NCBI RefSeq assembly: GCF_036321535.1
Contig: NC_087458.1
Span: 7,254,001 to 7,318,000 of the forward strand
Reading direction: 5' to 3'
Source of the DNA: Camelus dromedarius
Lineage: Eukaryota
Length of the DNA: 64,000 nucleotides
Each line of letters starts with the position of its first letter. Position 1 is the stretch's first letter. The notes under the pieces were generated by a model, which was not told where the DNA came from, made no database searches, and saw nothing but the letters and a program-made list of their open reading frames with translations. Shown in pieces: positions 61,791 to 64,000 of this stretch. Position numbers and translations under genes: made by a program.

Positions 61791-64000
61791 GTGAGGAGAA
61801 AGAGTGTGTTGGGGAGGGATGGTAGGTTGGGGGAGAGAAGGGGACAAATGGCAGGGGGAGGGGGTGGGATAGTTGGCAAAGAGAGGCTGTTGAGAGGAAG
61901 CTCTTGGCTATCAGTGTTAGGCAGTGGTCAGAGTAAGACAGACAGCCTGGCTGGTTAGATCTCCAAGAACACCTCCTCCAAGTTCCTAAGGAAAGAAAGG
62001 CAAGTATCTTCTGAAATTTCACTTAGTAGTGGGCATCCTGATGCCATATCCAGCTTGCTTGGAGCAGGCTGGCTCACCAGTCCTAGACCCCATCACATCA
62101 TGGATGTGGGGGCCAATTTCTTCTCCAGAATAACGTGTGATCCTCTTCTAGTGCACTTAGTTGTCACAGCTGAGAAGCTCTGAAAGTAGTTCAGTAACTT
62201 CCCCCTCAGCTTCCCTTTCCCAACAGAAACTTAGAGTTGTGTAAGTAGTATCATGTATATGACTTCTGATAACCATTTTATAAATGCAGCTTAATAAATG
62301 ACCTCAGCCTTTGGGCCCCTCATCTAGGCCCAAGCCTTTACCATGGACACCTCTCCCTTCTCTGTTCCCCTTCTCCTCCCCCACTGTCCTCCCTGTTTGC
62401 ATTTAAAGGGAGATGAGAGCCCTTCATCCTACCTTCTCTCCACTAGGCCAGCATTGGCTCTCGAGTTATAATTTTAGGGATGGAAGAATGGTAACGCCAC
62501 CCCGACTAGTTCATTTATTCCTTCCTCAACTGGGGAGGCAGCGTGGTTCTGTGGTTAAGCACTAGGGCTCTTGAGTCGGACTGCCCAGCTTCACGGTCCA
62601 GCTCACCACTTTCCAGCAGTGTGATATGGGTGAGTCCTTCACCCTTCTAAGAGTCTATTTCCCCATCTGTAAAATGGAGCTGATCATATTGCCTTCCTCA
62701 CAGGTTATGAGGATCAAGTGAGAGCATACACCTGGCATATGATTGCCCTTGTGGAGATTTACTTTAGTGGAAGAGAAAGAAATAAATCTTGGCAATTCTC
62801 ATATAGTGAGTGTGGTAGGTGCTATGAAGGAAGTTGTTGAAATTTTAGAGTTTCATTCCTTTTTCAGGATTTAACATAAATGGTTGATAGCAAGGACTTT
62901 GAAATCAGACCTGCATTTGAATCTGAAGTCCACCAGCAAAGTGACCTTGAGCAAGCTGCTTAAATTCTCTAAGTCTCAGTTTCTTATAGGAATTAAGATG
63001 ATGATTTTACTTAGTCCATAGCACTTAGTAAACCTTCAGTAAATAGTAACCACTATTATTATTATTATTTCTATTATTAATAAAGTTTGCTCTATGGGAG
63101 AGATAATGTGGTTTGTAGATATTTCTATTTTGTTTTGACAAAGTGAAGGAAGAGAAGGGAGGCCCGGATCCACGGGGAAGAGGGTAGAAGGTTCAGAAAG
63201 GATATCAGAGCCACTAAAAACAACTGCACATAGAGCCCTGCCTAGAGGTGCCTTACTTATGTCGTACTGCCTCTTCCACCTTCAAGCCCACGCTGGACCC
63301 AATGGGGAGGCGGGAGGCTCAGAACTGGACAGAGGCTTCCAGGCCAGCAGGGCTGAGTGTGCAGTGAGCTCCCAGGAGGGTTTGGCCACTGAAGGAGGAC
63401 ACTGTGCTGTGCCAGGTTGGGGATGGGAGGCAGGCAGCAGTCCCCCTGGAGATGTGTGCCTACCCTCTCTGCTGTGTAGTAGGCACCTGTCCCACTGCAG
63501 CCAGCCTCGTCATGCCATTACCCAGAGAACTGCTGTTGCCACGTGGCACACTCAGCTCTACCTCACAGGGACCAAGGGGAGTGCAAACATTTTAAAGACT
63601 ATTAGAGGCCTTTGGTCAGGGCATAAACACTGGTCCATTGCTAGAATACAGTACGACATCCGAGAGTCCCACACAGCAGGAGCTGTCGTGTAGTCTGAGC
63701 TTGGAGTCAGAGGCCCAGACAGAAGCTGCAGTAGTGATCTGTTTCATCCCCCTCCATCCCTTCCCCTCTCTCCATTTCTTTTCCTCCCGATTCTGCCAAC
63801 CCACTTCCCTAATTCCCAACTCCCCTTTATAGCAGCTCCAGTGTCTCCTTCCTGCCTTCATCTAGTTCTTAGGGGGGTCCTTTCTACCACAGCCTTCCCT
63901 GTAGCACCAGCCTTGGTAAAGCCACCAAGTAGCTGGACTCCTCCAGATGGCTCGTACACTCGCAGCCCACAGCTGAGAGTGGAGCATGGCTCTGTGCCAA

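Noticed and set aside
63287-63415. 129-nt cassette exon in SYT11 intron 2 (TTCAAG acceptor, CAG|GTTGGG donor)
   Set aside because: Uncommon AAG acceptor, weak donor, in-frame stop and no resemblance to the C2B-encoding exon; likely chance.
1-64000. CRISPR arrays, operons or other prokaryotic systems
   Set aside because: The window is intron-rich mammalian DNA with no regularly spaced repeat-spacer array.

Overview
Mammalian (eutherian) genomic DNA. A tRNA-derived SINE resembling Vic-1 suggests a camelid; this is inference. Two genes lie head to head. GON4L is on the minus strand: a putative non-coding exon 1 at ~53.2 kb and coding exons 2-23 from 51254 down to 596. I traced 21 visible coding exons with GT-AG boundaries and consistent phases; exon 9 appears hidden in an N-run, and the 3' end lies beyond the left edge. 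SYT11 is on the plus strand: coding exon 1 at 55225-55258 and exon 2 at 60964-61790, with later exons beyond the right edge. GON4L introns contain an H/ACA scaRNA (SCARNA26-like; its 5' pocket matches U4 U79), a 3'-truncated U2 retrocopy, a near-complete decayed Tigger2 transposon, and many L1, L2, L3, MIR, MER and SINE copies. The most unusual items: (1) a partial duplicate of GON4L exon 5, with its splice acceptor, sitting in intron 6; (2) a candidate stop/poly(A) exon in the scaRNA host intron; (3) an out-of-frame uORF overlapping the GON4L start codon; (4) an antisense U2 fragment ~100 nt upstream of a 3' splice site; (5) N-runs that look like length-preserving masks. Gene and repeat names come from recalled sequence, not database searches. 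Exon numbers are my own count, and repeat boundaries are approximate.
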